This document shows positions 21,018-30,932 of a DNA stretch of 64,000 bases, in pieces. The stretch lies in contig OY820579.1 of assembly GCA_963681965.1 (NCBI GenBank), positions 2,208,001 to 2,272,000 on the forward strand, written 5' to 3'. The notes under the pieces were generated by a model, which had not been told where the DNA came from, made no database searches, and saw nothing but the letters and a program-made list of their open reading frames with translations. The first letter of the stretch is position 1. Each line of letters opens with the position of its first letter. Origin of the DNA: a bacterium (GTDB taxonomy: Bacteria > Electryoneota > JAOADG01). The translations under genes were made by a program, and so were the position numbers.

Positions 21018-22772
21018 ATGGCGCTCAATAAAGAAGAACAAGACCAAATTCGCGATCGAATTCGCCGCGATCTTGAAGCATCCCGGGAACGCGGGAAAAG
21101 TCCCTCGGATCCCCGGAAACTCGATCATTTCGAACACGACGAAACCCGATTGCAGCAAATCGAGCGGCTTCGTCGTGAAATCGAAGACGAATATTTTTCG
21201 CAACAACCCGATTATGTGCAATATGTCAACCGTTACGGCGTTACGAAGTGGGTATTGGAAGAGGAGCTTCACCAGAAGCGATTGAAGAGCCGGATGCGTC
21301 GCGCAAACCGTCGCAGACAACGTCTCGAAAAAGTACGCAACGGGTTGCTCTATTTGATGTTAGCGGTCGTTGCGCTCTCCGGATATCGCATTTATACGCA
21401 TCTGAACGTGCCACCGGTCGTCATGTTCAAAACGAATGTCGATGTACCCGGGATGGTCTTTGTAAACACCGAGTTATCGCCGATTCGTCCCAATAAGTAT
21501 GGTAAACTAGCGCCCGGAACCTATGCCGTCGGCATTGCCAGCCCGGGGTATCGAACAGCATTTCGCGAAGTCACGATCAAACAGACCGATACCACGATCG
21601 TCTCATTTGTTCTGGAAGTCGATTCCGCATTTCGCCCCGACAATATGGGACATTGGCGCCAAAAATTCCCACCGCCGCGACCCGACGAATCGGTCACTTT
21701 AACAGCATTGCGATCGTTAAGTACAAAACAGGAATCGTCATCAAAACCGCAAACGACGACATCAACTACGTCGCCGTTTGGTATTGCACCGCTAGCTGCA
21801 CCCAGTCCGATGTCGGGTGGCGTTTTTATTACCAGTAACCAATCGGATGCGACGATTTACATGAATGGATCGCCGACACCGTTACCGCAAAACACGATGT
21901 TGTCCGATTTACCATTGGGGCAACTAACTTTCGAAGTTAGAAAACCGGGCTATCGGTCCAATCCTGCCTATTTATCGACACGACGTACGAATCCTAGCGA
22001 ACGGGTATCGTTAGCGTTCGAATTGATTCCCGATCAGAAAGCGAAACTCACGATCCGGACTGAACCGATCATCGGCGAAATAAAATTCGACGGCATTGCA
22101 GTTGGTCGCGGAAGCGTCAATCAAGAACCATCGGCAGGATCGCATACAGTAACGTTTGGCGATGTCATTGGATTTGTTACCCCGTCCTCGCAAGTGATCG
22201 AAATTTCCGATCGCTCGAGCGAACAGGAAGTTGTGGGCCATTATCGCGCAACCGTCGATATCGATGTTAAAGTCGATGAAAGTGGTCGCATTAAAAACCG
22301 CGGAATTCTGAATATTCAAACGGGATACTGGACCAGTGAAAAGGGGATGACCCCGTCACAAGAGTACGGTCCTGAAATTGTAAAAGTGAAACCGTACGAT
22401 TTCTTTGCTTATCAGTTCGGACCCGGTCGACCGAATGCCAACCCGTCCGGATGCGATTATGTGGAAGTAACCTTCAACCTACCAACCGGTTTCGATGCCG
22501 ACCGCGCATTATCGTTGATTTTGGAAGGGTATGCGACAAACCGGAATTTTCAATTCAATCTTACCAAATTGACCGAAATTGCGATAATGGTCAATGGTCA
22601 AACGGTCCATGCTAACATCCGCCCGTCGGTGAATATCGACGAGACGCGAACTGTCGCACGCGACGCTTATCCGATCAGCCGGTTTTTAAAACCGGGTGCG
22701 AATAGCGTCGTAATTCGACTGACCGAAGACGCCAAATGTTATTATTTACTTCGCAGTATGAGGATTGAGTAA
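21018..22772 (+). CDS. Single-pass membrane protein with PEGA-like periplasmic repeats
   Basis: Charged N-terminus, TM at about aa 108-125, PEGA-like units (PGTY.V...PGY; ITSNQSDATIYMNG; IRTEP..GEIKFDG). Confidence 0.75.
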   Translation: MALNKEEQDQIRDRIRRDLEASRERGKSPSDPRKLDHFEHDETRLQQIERLRREIEDEYFSQQPDYVQYVNRYGVTKWVLEEELHQKRLKSRMRRANRRRQRLEKVRNGLLYLMLAVVALSGYRIYTHLNVPPVVMFKTNVDVPGMVFVNTELSPIRPNKYGKLAPGTYAVGIASPGYRTAFREVTIKQTDTTIVSFVLEVDSAFRPDNMGHWRQKFPPPRPDESVTLTALRSLSTKQESSSKPQTTTSTTSPFGIAPLAAPSPMSGGVFITSNQSDATIYMNGSPTPLPQNTMLSDLPLGQLTFEVRKPGYRSNPAYLSTRRTNPSERVSLAFELIPDQKAKLTIRTEPIIGEIKFDGIAVGRGSVNQEPSAGSHTVTFGDVIGFVTPSSQVIEISDRSSEQEVVGHYRATVDIDVKVDESGRIKNRGILNIQTGYWTSEKGMTPSQEYGPEIVKVKPYDFFAYQFGPGRPNANPSGCDYVEVTFNLPTGFDADRALSLILEGYATNRNFQFNLTKLTEIAIMVNGQTVHANIRPSVNIDETRTVARDAYPISRFLKPGANSVVIRLTEDAKCYYLLRSMRIE

Positions 22773-22775
22773 TTC

Positions 22776-23189
22776 ATGAATGAGAATCAAGTTCGACCGA
22801 ATACCGAACGACTGACACCGGAGGAAGTCGAGCGAATTAGGCGGGAACACCGCGGACTACTCGCTCGAAAAGATGAAGAAGCCCGGAATCGTCTTCGGCA
22901 AATCGAATTGGAAGCCGAACCGAATCAGCATTACGAAGAGTTGCGTCGCATTCGATTCGAAGAAGAAGAACGACTGTTTAAGGACGATCCACGATACATC
23001 TTGGTGACCGATAGCGAGGGGTTTCAGTCGTACGTATTAAAAGAACATGCCGAATCGCGCGTCCATCGGAAGCGAGTTCGGAAAAAGCATCGTCGCAATG
23101 TGAAATCGTTTATGCGCGATTACGGATCAATTGCACTGATCGTGATTGTCATGATTGGTCTGGCGTGGTACGCATTCCAATTACAATAG
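22776..23189 (+). CDS. Hypothetical protein with C-terminal TM helix; paralog of the N-terminus of 21018..22772
   Basis: Starts 3 bp after the upstream stop; shared motif by manual alignment. Confidence 0.75.
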   Translation: MNENQVRPNTERLTPEEVERIRREHRGLLARKDEEARNRLRQIELEAEPNQHYEELRRIRFEEEERLFKDDPRYILVTDSEGFQSYVLKEHAESRVHRKRVRKKHRRNVKSFMRDYGSIALIVIVMIGLAWYAFQLQ

Positions 23190-23292
23190 TGGGAACTATC
23201 GCATCCGATCGCAAGTTATCGGTGTGAAAGGTAGTATCAACAATTCTGGTTTATCAAGAACTACGTAAACGATCAATACAGGAAGAAACAAC

Positions 23293-24357
23293 ATGGATGT
23301 CGTATTTGTCGTCAATCCCGGTTCAACATCCACCAAGATCGCTTTGGCGAACCGCGACGGAATTATTGCCGAAAAGGAAGTGAAGCACCTGCGCGAAGAA
23401 CTTGCCGCATTTCCGAATGTAGCCGATCAGCTCCCATTGCGGAAAATCGCAGTCGATCAAGCATTGGAAGAATGGGTCGAGACCGACCGGAAATTTGTCG
23501 CAATCGTCGGTCGTGGCGCACCACTCAAGCCGTTAAAAGGTGGCAGTTACTTGATCACGGCACAGATGCTGGAAGATCTCCGCACTGCGAAATACTCCAA
23601 TCACGCCTCGAATCTTGGAGCGATGTTGGCACATGAATTGGCGACTACTCGCGGCTTGCCATCGCTGATTGTCGATCCCGTAACCGTCGACGAATTTCCG
23701 CCCGAGTCGCGCCTTTCCGGCGATCCGGAAATTTCCCGCCAGTGCCGCTGGCATGCGTTGAACTTGCGCGCATGTGCCCGGTTGGCTGCCGCCGAATTGG
23801 GTAAACCACTTACCGAAACCAAATTTGTTGCCGTACATCTCGGTGGTGGTATCTCAATTGCCGCATTGGATGGCGGTCGTGTGGTCGATGTGAACGATGG
23901 GTTATTGGGAATGGGTCCGTTCTCACCGGAACGCGCCGGTGCATTGCCGATCGGTGGTGTCTTGAAGCAGGCATTTTCCGGAAAGTACACCCATCGCGAA
24001 TTGATCGACCGCTACAGCCGCGGAAGTGGATTTGCTGCGTATCTTGGTACTTCCGATTTCCGCGAAGTCGAGAAGCGAATGGATGCCGGTGACGAACAAG
24101 CTATCTTGGTTTATCGCGCATTCGTATTACAATTATCGAAAGAAATTGGCGCGATGGCTGCAGTACTGGGTGGTGTCGATGGCATTGTCCGGAGTGGTGG
24201 GTTGGCTCGGTCGAAGCGCTTGATGGACGATCTTACCGCGAAAACCGGATGGATTGCCCCGGCTTTCGATCATCCCGGTGAACATGAAATGTCGGCGTTG
24301 GCTGCCGGAGCGTTTCGCTATGTCGACGGTAAAGAAAACCCGATGGAGTATGTCTGA
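23293..24357 (+). CDS. buk: Butyrate (branched-chain carboxylate) kinase
   Basis: VNPGSTSTKIA, HASNLG, IVDPVTVDE, HALN, HLGGGISI, GPFSPERAG, PGEHEM. Confidence 0.93.
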   Translation: MDVVFVVNPGSTSTKIALANRDGIIAEKEVKHLREELAAFPNVADQLPLRKIAVDQALEEWVETDRKFVAIVGRGAPLKPLKGGSYLITAQMLEDLRTAKYSNHASNLGAMLAHELATTRGLPSLIVDPVTVDEFPPESRLSGDPEISRQCRWHALNLRACARLAAAELGKPLTETKFVAVHLGGGISIAALDGGRVVDVNDGLLGMGPFSPERAGALPIGGVLKQAFSGKYTHRELIDRYSRGSGFAAYLGTSDFREVEKRMDAGDEQAILVYRAFVLQLSKEIGAMAAVLGGVDGIVRSGGLARSKRLMDDLTAKTGWIAPAFDHPGEHEMSALAAGAFRYVDGKENPMEYV

Positions 24358-24374
24358 TAGTGATGAGTAGAACG

Positions 24375-24863
24375 ATGAAGAGATTATGTTGCTCGATCGG
24401 CATCATCATCGTTTTTGCGCTTGCAATTTCTGGATGTCAACGCAATTCGATTTCGTCCCATGTCACTCCGATCGATGTGAACCGCGTGAAAGTTTTTTTC
24501 AGTATTCGAAAAGCGGTTTCGGTCGATTCGGTATTCGCATCGAACGATACTATACCGATCGGATACGAGTTGTATATCGAAGCACGCGACACCCTCACAT
24601 TGGTGTTGGCAGATCAATTGCCGGTCTCGGTCGACGGCGCGATTCGACCGGGTGAATCAAGTCAAACAGCAGCTTCGTTCAGTCGATCCGTAGCGAAATT
24701 GAATACTGCGATGAATTATGGAACCGATACCACTGTGAAATGGTTGGTCGCAAAATCGGATACCGGACGCGCGGAAATTACCGTTACGGTATTTTCGACC
24801 ACGGGTACATTACTGTCATATAAAACCCGAACTTTTTTCGTTGATCCTGCGCCACAGCAGTAA
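24375..24863 (+). CDS. Hypothetical lipoprotein
   Basis: Lipobox AISGC after a hydrophobic stretch; beta-rich body. Confidence 0.7.
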   Translation: MKRLCCSIGIIIVFALAISGCQRNSISSHVTPIDVNRVKVFFSIRKAVSVDSVFASNDTIPIGYELYIEARDTLTLVLADQLPVSVDGAIRPGESSQTAASFSRSVAKLNTAMNYGTDTTVKWLVAKSDTGRAEITVTVFSTTGTLLSYKTRTFFVDPAPQQ

Positions 24864-24873
24864 GTGCTATTGC

Positions 24874-24906
24874 GAAAGGGCAGTTTCGGCTGCCTTTTCT
24901 TCTTTC
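24874..24906 (+). terminator. Rho-independent terminator
   Basis: gaaagggcag/ctgccttttc stem followed by T-rich sequence. Confidence 0.6.
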
Positions 24907-24944
24907 ATTCGATCTTCTTTTCAATTCGGGATCTTCACACAATT

Positions 24945-27164
24945 ATGGTAGAACAAACCGTAACGAGTCAAATTGCCAAAGAACACGGTCTGCTGCCGGC
25001 TGAGTACGAGCAGATCTGTGCGATTCTGGGACGCACGCCGACTTGGACCGAAATTGGTATCTATTCGGTAATGTGGTCGGAACACTGCTCCTACAAAAAT
25101 TCCATCTTGGAATTGAAGAAACTGCCCCGAAGCGGGGGGCGCCTGTTAGTCGAAGCCGGTGCGGAAAATGCCGGGTTAGTCGATCTCGGTGATGGTCTCG
25201 CGGTCGCATTTAAAATCGAATCGCACAATCACCCCTCGGCAGTCGAACCGCATCAAGGCGCTGCAACCGGCGTCGGTGGCATTCTGCGCGACATCTTTAC
25301 CATGGGTGGTCGTCCGCTGGCGAATCTGGTGTCGTTGCGCTTCGGCGAATTGACCGATCCTCACAATCGCTACTTGGTCGACGGTGTGGTTCGCGGCATC
25401 GGCGATTACGGCAATTGCATGGGTATTCCCACGATTGCCGGCGAAACTACTTTCGATCCTTCGTATCGTACCAATCCGCTGGTCAACGCGATGACCGTTG
25501 GTGTTGTAGAAGTCTCGAAGACCATTTCGGCAACCGCGAGCGGTGTTGGTAATCCCGTCTACTACATCGGCAACAAAACCGGTCGAGACGGCATCCACGG
25601 TGCCACCTTCGCATCGGATGAATTGTCCGAAGATTCCACGTCCCGCCGTCCGAATGTGCAAGTCGGCGATCCGTTTACCGAAAAATTACTGCTCGAAGCG
25701 ACCCTCGAATTATCCGAAAAGAAATTGCTGGTTGGCTTGCAGGATATGGGCGCCGCAGGTCTTTCCTGTTCTACTTCGGAGATGAGCGCTCGCGGTAATG
25801 TCGGAATGGATATCGACGTCGCGCTCGTGCCTCAACGCGAACGCGGCATGACGCCCTACGAAATCATGCTGTCGGAATCGCAAGAACGCATGCTTGCCGT
25901 CTGTACTCTCGAACAAGCACCGGGATTTGAAGCGGTCTGTGCGAAGTGGGGTATCGAAGCCGTTGCCATCGGCAAAGTCATTGCCGAGGAGCGGGTCATT
26001 GTTCGCAGTAACGGGAAAATCGTTGCCGATATTCCTGCTCAGACGTTGGTTCTTGGTGGCGATGCGCCGCAATATACCCGCGAGATTGCGGTGCCATCCG
26101 ATCTCGCTGAAAAACTGGATTACGATCCATTAAATGATTCTTACCCGCCACCGGAAAAATGCTTCGATCTGCTCTGGAATGATCCATCTCTGGTTTCGAA
26201 ATTGTGGGTGTATCGCCAATTCGATCACACCGTCATGGGTGCGACCGTAAAATCGCCGGGTGAAGCGGATGCTGCCGTGATCTGGGTTCCCGGAACGCGG
26301 AAGGGTTTAGCTTCGAAGACCGATTCCAACCCTTACTGGGTCACACTCGATCCTTTCTGGGGCGCTGCTCATGCCGTTGCTGAAGGGGCGCTGAATGTCG
26401 CCTGCGTCGGTGCCGAACCAGTCGCCATCACCAATTGTCTCAATTTCGGCAATCCTTACAAACCGGAAGCCTACTACTATTTCAAAGAAGCTTGTGCCGG
26501 AATGGGTGAAGCTTGCAAGCAATTCAATACTCCCGTGTCGGGTGGCAATGTCAGTTTTTACAATGAATCGGCTGAAGTTGCCGTGATGCCTACGCCTACA
26601 ATCGGTATGCTCGGAATCTTGGATGAAGTGACGCACAATGTTGGTGCCGGTGCGATTGATGGCAGCATACTCTGTCTTGTCGGCGATACCGGTGCGATCG
26701 AACTGGGTGGCAGTGCACTGGTTCGAGCAGTACACGGAAAGAATGCCGGAAAAATCCCGGAACTCAACTTTCAACGACACCGATCCTTACTAAAGTTCCT
26801 CTGCGAGTATATTGCATCGCAAAAGATCCTCGCCGCGCACGACTGTTCCGATGGTGGATTGGCATTCTGTCTAGCGGAAATGGCAACCATCGGCGATTGT
26901 GGTCTCACTGCGACTTCTCCGAATGACCGGAATCACTTATCGTGGTTTTCGGAATCGGCGTCGCGGGCTGCAATTTGCGTTTCTAAGCGCGATATTGAAA
27001 CTCTAAGGGAATCGGCTGAAAACTTAAATCTCTCTTTTCATATTCTCGGCTCATGCGGTGGCAATCGCCTTACTCTTGGCTCTTGGCTTGATCTTCCGGT
27101 TGCCGATCTGCGAAAACGGTATTATCATCGCTTGTTCCAGGCGATGGGGGAGGAAGTAGCATGA
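24945..27164 (+). CDS. purL: Phosphoribosylformylglycinamidine synthase subunit PurL (small type)
   Basis: MWSEHCSYK, KIESHNHPS, GRDGIHGA, VQVGDPF, QDMGAAG, SESQERM, GGNVSFYN, HDCSDGG. Confidence 0.97.
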   Translation: MVEQTVTSQIAKEHGLLPAEYEQICAILGRTPTWTEIGIYSVMWSEHCSYKNSILELKKLPRSGGRLLVEAGAENAGLVDLGDGLAVAFKIESHNHPSAVEPHQGAATGVGGILRDIFTMGGRPLANLVSLRFGELTDPHNRYLVDGVVRGIGDYGNCMGIPTIAGETTFDPSYRTNPLVNAMTVGVVEVSKTISATASGVGNPVYYIGNKTGRDGIHGATFASDELSEDSTSRRPNVQVGDPFTEKLLLEATLELSEKKLLVGLQDMGAAGLSCSTSEMSARGNVGMDIDVALVPQRERGMTPYEIMLSESQERMLAVCTLEQAPGFEAVCAKWGIEAVAIGKVIAEERVIVRSNGKIVADIPAQTLVLGGDAPQYTREIAVPSDLAEKLDYDPLNDSYPPPEKCFDLLWNDPSLVSKLWVYRQFDHTVMGATVKSPGEADAAVIWVPGTRKGLASKTDSNPYWVTLDPFWGAAHAVAEGALNVACVGAEPVAITNCLNFGNPYKPEAYYYFKEACAGMGEACKQFNTPVSGGNVSFYNESAEVAVMPTPTIGMLGILDEVTHNVGAGAIDGSILCLVGDTGAIELGGSALVRAVHGKNAGKIPELNFQRHRSLLKFLCEYIASQKILAAHDCSDGGLAFCLAEMATIGDCGLTATSPNDRNHLSWFSESASRAAICVSKRDIETLRESAENLNLSFHILGSCGGNRLTLGSWLDLPVADLRKRYYHRLFQAMGEEVA

Positions 27165-28318
27165 AACGTTTGTTAATTCTGTTGTTATGTGGTCTTAGTG
27201 TAGCTGCGTGGGCACAAATCACCATCACACGTGCCCAATATCCGGATTCTGTTGGGTACAACAATCCCGTTCTGACCAGTATCGATGTTCCGGTAAATCT
27301 CGGTCACACCGGCAGTGGCAATCGGTGGAATTTCTCGGCAGTAGTACCCGATGCATCGCCGTCGACGGTACCGTATGTATCGCCGGATTCGACCCCCTAC
27401 CTGCGTACTTACAACTGGGGAACAACTTCGGCACCGAAGTTCGCCTCGATCGCGCAACCCGGTATCCCATTTGTCGGCAGTATGGGTGGAATCGGTGGTA
27501 TCTATAGTTACTACCGATACAATGGAACAACCGCGCTTGAGTTCCTAGGAATGTCGATTTCCGAATCGGCACCGATTCCCGATCAAGCGGTGAAGAATAC
27601 TGTCACTACCCGGGTAATGGCGTTTCCACTCACCAATGCACAGACGTGGACCGATTCGGTGAAGATGATGATTCACATCGCCGATACGACGATTTTTACG
27701 ATCACCGTTCCAATTTACGCTCGGGTGTTGATTCGCTTGCAAAACTCTGTCGATGCCTATGGTACTTTGCTATATCCGGGCGATTCGGCACAAGCTCTTC
27801 GCCGCGTTACGGTTTCGAGTGGTCGCGTGGATGCCGGATTCACCTTGATGAGTCAGTGGATATCGATTCCCAATTACGGCACAAACATTCCAGCGCAAAC
27901 CACTGTCATGTTTATGGCGCAAAATCTGGGTGCACTGGTTACCGCGACGAGTGACACTGCCGTGTCCACCCCGGACTTTACGACTGCGTTAACTCTGATT
28001 CAATCGTCTCGACATTATGTCAATGCGGTACGCGAATCGCCGGTACGCATGGCGTTGCCGAATTCGCTGGAATTGGCTGCCTATCCCAATCCGTTCAATC
28101 CTTCAACCAATTTGACGTTCGGCAGCAATGGCTCAGGCATGGCTCGATTGGAAATGTTCGACGCCATTGGTCGGCAGGTTGGTGTGCTGTATAACGGTCC
28201 GGTGCGGGCTGGCAGCAAGTATTCGACGAATTGGAGTGGCAATACCGCCGGTACATATTTTGTTCGATTGACCGTGAATGGTCGGGCTACGACGACGAAA
28301 ATGACGCGATTACCTTAA
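27161..28318 (+). CDS. Secreted protein with divergent T9SS type-A-like C-terminal domain
   Basis: Signal peptide ending [18 protein letters not shown]...GRQV...GTYFVRL. Confidence 0.8.
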   Translation: MKRLLILLLCGLSVAAWAQITITRAQYPDSVGYNNPVLTSIDVPVNLGHTGSGNRWNFSAVVPDASPSTVPYVSPDSTPYLRTYNWGTTSAPKFASIAQPGIPFVGSMGGIGGIYSYYRYNGTTALEFLGMSISESAPIPDQAVKNTVTTRVMAFPLTNAQTWTDSVKMMIHIADTTIFTITVPIYARVLIRLQNSVDAYGTLLYPGDSAQALRRVTVSSGRVDAGFTLMSQWISIPNYGTNIPAQTTVMFMAQNLGALVTATSDTAVSTPDFTTALTLIQSSRHYVNAVRESPVRMALPNSLELAAYPNPFNPSTNLTFGSNGSGMARLEMFDAIGRQVGVLYNGPVRAGSKYSTNWSGNTAGTYFVRLTVNGRATTTKMTRLP

Positions 28319-28355
28319 CCGGAATTTTTTCATTATCTTTACCGGTTGCGTTGAT

Positions 28356-28429
<74 letters not shown>

Positions 28430-28485
28430 CTGTCTACGTTGAGACTCCGTAACCCGTCGGCGTTTCTTCGTATTTTATCTTGATG

Positions 28486-28512
28486 GGCGGGACATTGTTG
28501 TCCCGCTTTTTT
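28486..28512 (+). terminator. Rho-independent terminator after tRNA
   Basis: gcgggaca/tgtcccgc followed by T6. Confidence 0.75.
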
Positions 28513-28563
28513 CATTCCATGGTTCGATAAAAATTGTTTCTCAAGAGTAAGTTGTTATCGGAA

Positions 28564-28589
28564 GTAGGGGCAGACCCCCGTGTCCGCCC
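28564..28589 (+). repeat. Isolated GTAG-headed REP-like hairpin
   Basis: gtaggggcagacccccgtgtccgccc; same family as copies at 42354, 49920 and 51622. Confidence 0.6.
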
Positions 28590-28688
28590 GTTACGTCAAG
28601 CAAAGCCTGACACCAATTTATGACAACTGATACTCAAGAGATTTGATCGACTGGATCAATTCAAATTAATCTTTCGTGAGGTTGTGTT

Positions 28689-30380
28689 ATGCTGCGTTCG
28701 CGCAGTTTCGTCCCGACGTTGAAAGAGTCGCCTGCCGACGCGACGACTGTTTCGCATCAATTAATGGTTCGCGCCGGATTGATCCGGCAATTGGTGGCTG
28801 GTGTCTATTCGTTCCTCCCATTGGGCTGGAAATCGATGCTGAAAGTGCAAACCATCATCCGCGAAGAGATGGATAATATCGGTGCACAGGAATTTTTCCT
28901 GCCGTCGTTGAATCCCATCGAAATCTGGGATGAGACCGGTCGCAATGCCGCATTCGGCGACGATATGATGCGGGTGATCGACCGTAAGGGTCGGAAGTAT
29001 GCACTCGCCCCGACTCACGAAGAGATTATCTGTCATCTCGCGCGCAACGAAGTTCGTTCGTGGCGGGATCTGCCGCAATCGTGGTATCAGATTCAAACCA
29101 AGTATCGCGACGAACCCCGTCCCCGTTCGGGTCTGTTGCGCGTTCGGCAATTCCTGATGAAGGATGCCTATTCGCTCGACACTGACTGGGAAGGTCTGGA
29201 CAAGATCTACGAAGCCTATAAAGCCGCATACAAACGGATTTTCGAACGCTGTGGTTTGAATTACTTTATTGTCGGTGCGTCATCCGGCTTGATGGGTGGT
29301 ACCGGTAGTCAGGAATTCATGATCGAATCCGAAGCCGGAGAAGATCGCATCGCCCGCAGTGAAGGCGGGTATGCCGCCAACATCGAAGTCGCGACATCAA
29401 TTCCCGCACCCGTCCTCGACGAGCCTTCGGTTGCCGATATCTACGAACTTGTAACGCCAGTCCAGCGTACAATCGAAGAAGTCACCGGATTGTTGGGTGT
29501 TCCTGCGCATCGCTTGGTTAAGACTTTGGTCTACATTACCGATTCCGGAAAACCAGTAGTAGCGCTGTTACGCGGCGACGACGAATTGTGCGAGACGAAA
29601 TTACAAGCCGCCGTCGGCGAAGCCGTATTACCGGCAATTCCCGAATCGGTGGGTCAGTGGTTCCATGGTGCCGAAGTAGGATTTCTCGGACCGCGCGGAA
29701 TCGATTTGCCGATCTATGCCGATCTGCGGTTGCAAGGCGGTACCAATCTGATTTCCGGAGCGAATAAGTCGGGCTATCACATCGGTGGGTTGGATGTCGG
29801 TCGCGATTTCGTGCCGCAGAATTTTGTCGATTTGCGCGAAGTAAAAGCGGGCGAAATGGCACCGGATGGTTCCGGTCCATTGCATATCGCCACGGCGATC
29901 GAACTGGGACACATCTTCAAGCTCGGTACGCGCTATTCGGCAGCAATGGGTGCCACATTCCTTGGCGACGATGGCAAAGAATACCCGATCATCATGGGTT
30001 CCTACGGTATCGGTGTCGGTCGAATTCTGGTCGCGTTGATCGAGCAGGATCACGATGCAAACGGAATCGTCTGGAACAAGGCACTGACTCCGATGCTGGC
30101 AAGTATCGTTCCGGTCAATCCTATGAATCCGGATATTAACGGAATTGCCACCAAATTGTACGACGAACTGCATGCCCACAAGATCGAAACGCTGTTCGAT
30201 GACCGTGACCAGCGTGCCGGGGTGAAGTTCAAAGATGCCGACCTGCTCGGTTTCCCATACACGGTAATCGTAGGGGAAAAGGCGGTTTCCGAAGGAAAAT
30301 TGGAAGTAAAAGAGCGTAAAACCGGCGAGCGGAAGATGCTAACCTACGAAGAAACGCTGGCGCTCTTGTTATCTGCCTGA
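28689..30380 (+). CDS. proS: Proline--tRNA ligase (bacterial type with insertion editing domain)
   Basis: LAPTHEE, YQIQTKYRDEPRPRSG, MKDAYS, IELGHIFKLG, MGSYGIGVGR. Confidence 0.97.
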   Translation: MLRSRSFVPTLKESPADATTVSHQLMVRAGLIRQLVAGVYSFLPLGWKSMLKVQTIIREEMDNIGAQEFFLPSLNPIEIWDETGRNAAFGDDMMRVIDRKGRKYALAPTHEEIICHLARNEVRSWRDLPQSWYQIQTKYRDEPRPRSGLLRVRQFLMKDAYSLDTDWEGLDKIYEAYKAAYKRIFERCGLNYFIVGASSGLMGGTGSQEFMIESEAGEDRIARSEGGYAANIEVATSIPAPVLDEPSVADIYELVTPVQRTIEEVTGLLGVPAHRLVKTLVYITDSGKPVVALLRGDDELCETKLQAAVGEAVLPAIPESVGQWFHGAEVGFLGPRGIDLPIYADLRLQGGTNLISGANKSGYHIGGLDVGRDFVPQNFVDLREVKAGEMAPDGSGPLHIATAIELGHIFKLGTRYSAAMGATFLGDDGKEYPIIMGSYGIGVGRILVALIEQDHDANGIVWNKALTPMLASIVPVNPMNPDINGIATKLYDELHAHKIETLFDDRDQRAGVKFKDADLLGFPYTVIVGEKAVSEGKLEVKERKTGERKMLTYEETLALLLSA

Positions 30381-30523
30381 TTTCTGGTATATTTTGTAAA
30401 GTTCTTTGATTTTCGACCGATACCGTCGTGGTTCATTATAAAGTCCGAGCACGACGGTACATCGCTCGATTGTCGAATTCATTCTCGACGAATTGACTAA
30501 TAGATCGATCCTGCGCGACCGAT

Positions 30524-30925
30524 GTGCAGAGATCGAACGAAAACACACCAACAGCAAACGAGGCAATTGTGCCCGATCGAAATGAACAATCGAAAATGCA
30601 CGGTCTGTTCTTTTCTTCGGATCTTTGGGATGAAGAGGAAATTGAAACCGGTCGCGGTTTGGCACTGATTTCCTACATTCCGGGATTCTGTTTCATCGGT
30701 CTGTTGCAAGGTCATGACAACCGGTTCGTATTTCATCATGCGAAACAGGGATTGATCTTATTTGTGTTGGAACTTGCCGCATTGTTGTTCCGCTGGAATT
30801 TGTTGTGGGACGCACTGCTGGTTATTTGCGCGGGCTTGGCGCTGTTGGGAATGCTCAATGCATTTTCCGGGCGATCTTTCCGCATTCCGTTCCTGTCCGA
30901 TTGGTTTGGCGGACTCAGGGGGTAA
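30524..30925 (+). CDS. DUF4870-like small membrane protein
   Basis: LALISYI...FVFHHAKQGLIL...NAFSGRSFRIPF; real start may be ATG 30596. Confidence 0.7.
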   Translation: MQRSNENTPTANEAIVPDRNEQSKMHGLFFSSDLWDEEEIETGRGLALISYIPGFCFIGLLQGHDNRFVFHHAKQGLILFVLELAALLFRWNLLWDALLVICAGLALLGMLNAFSGRSFRIPFLSDWFGGLRG

Positions 30926-30932
30926 AAGGTTA

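Noticed and set aside
30762-30932. Cys-rich N-terminal extension of Spt given in the ORF track
   Set aside because: It overlaps the DUF4870 gene in another frame; ATG 30933, just after that stop, fits the expected start
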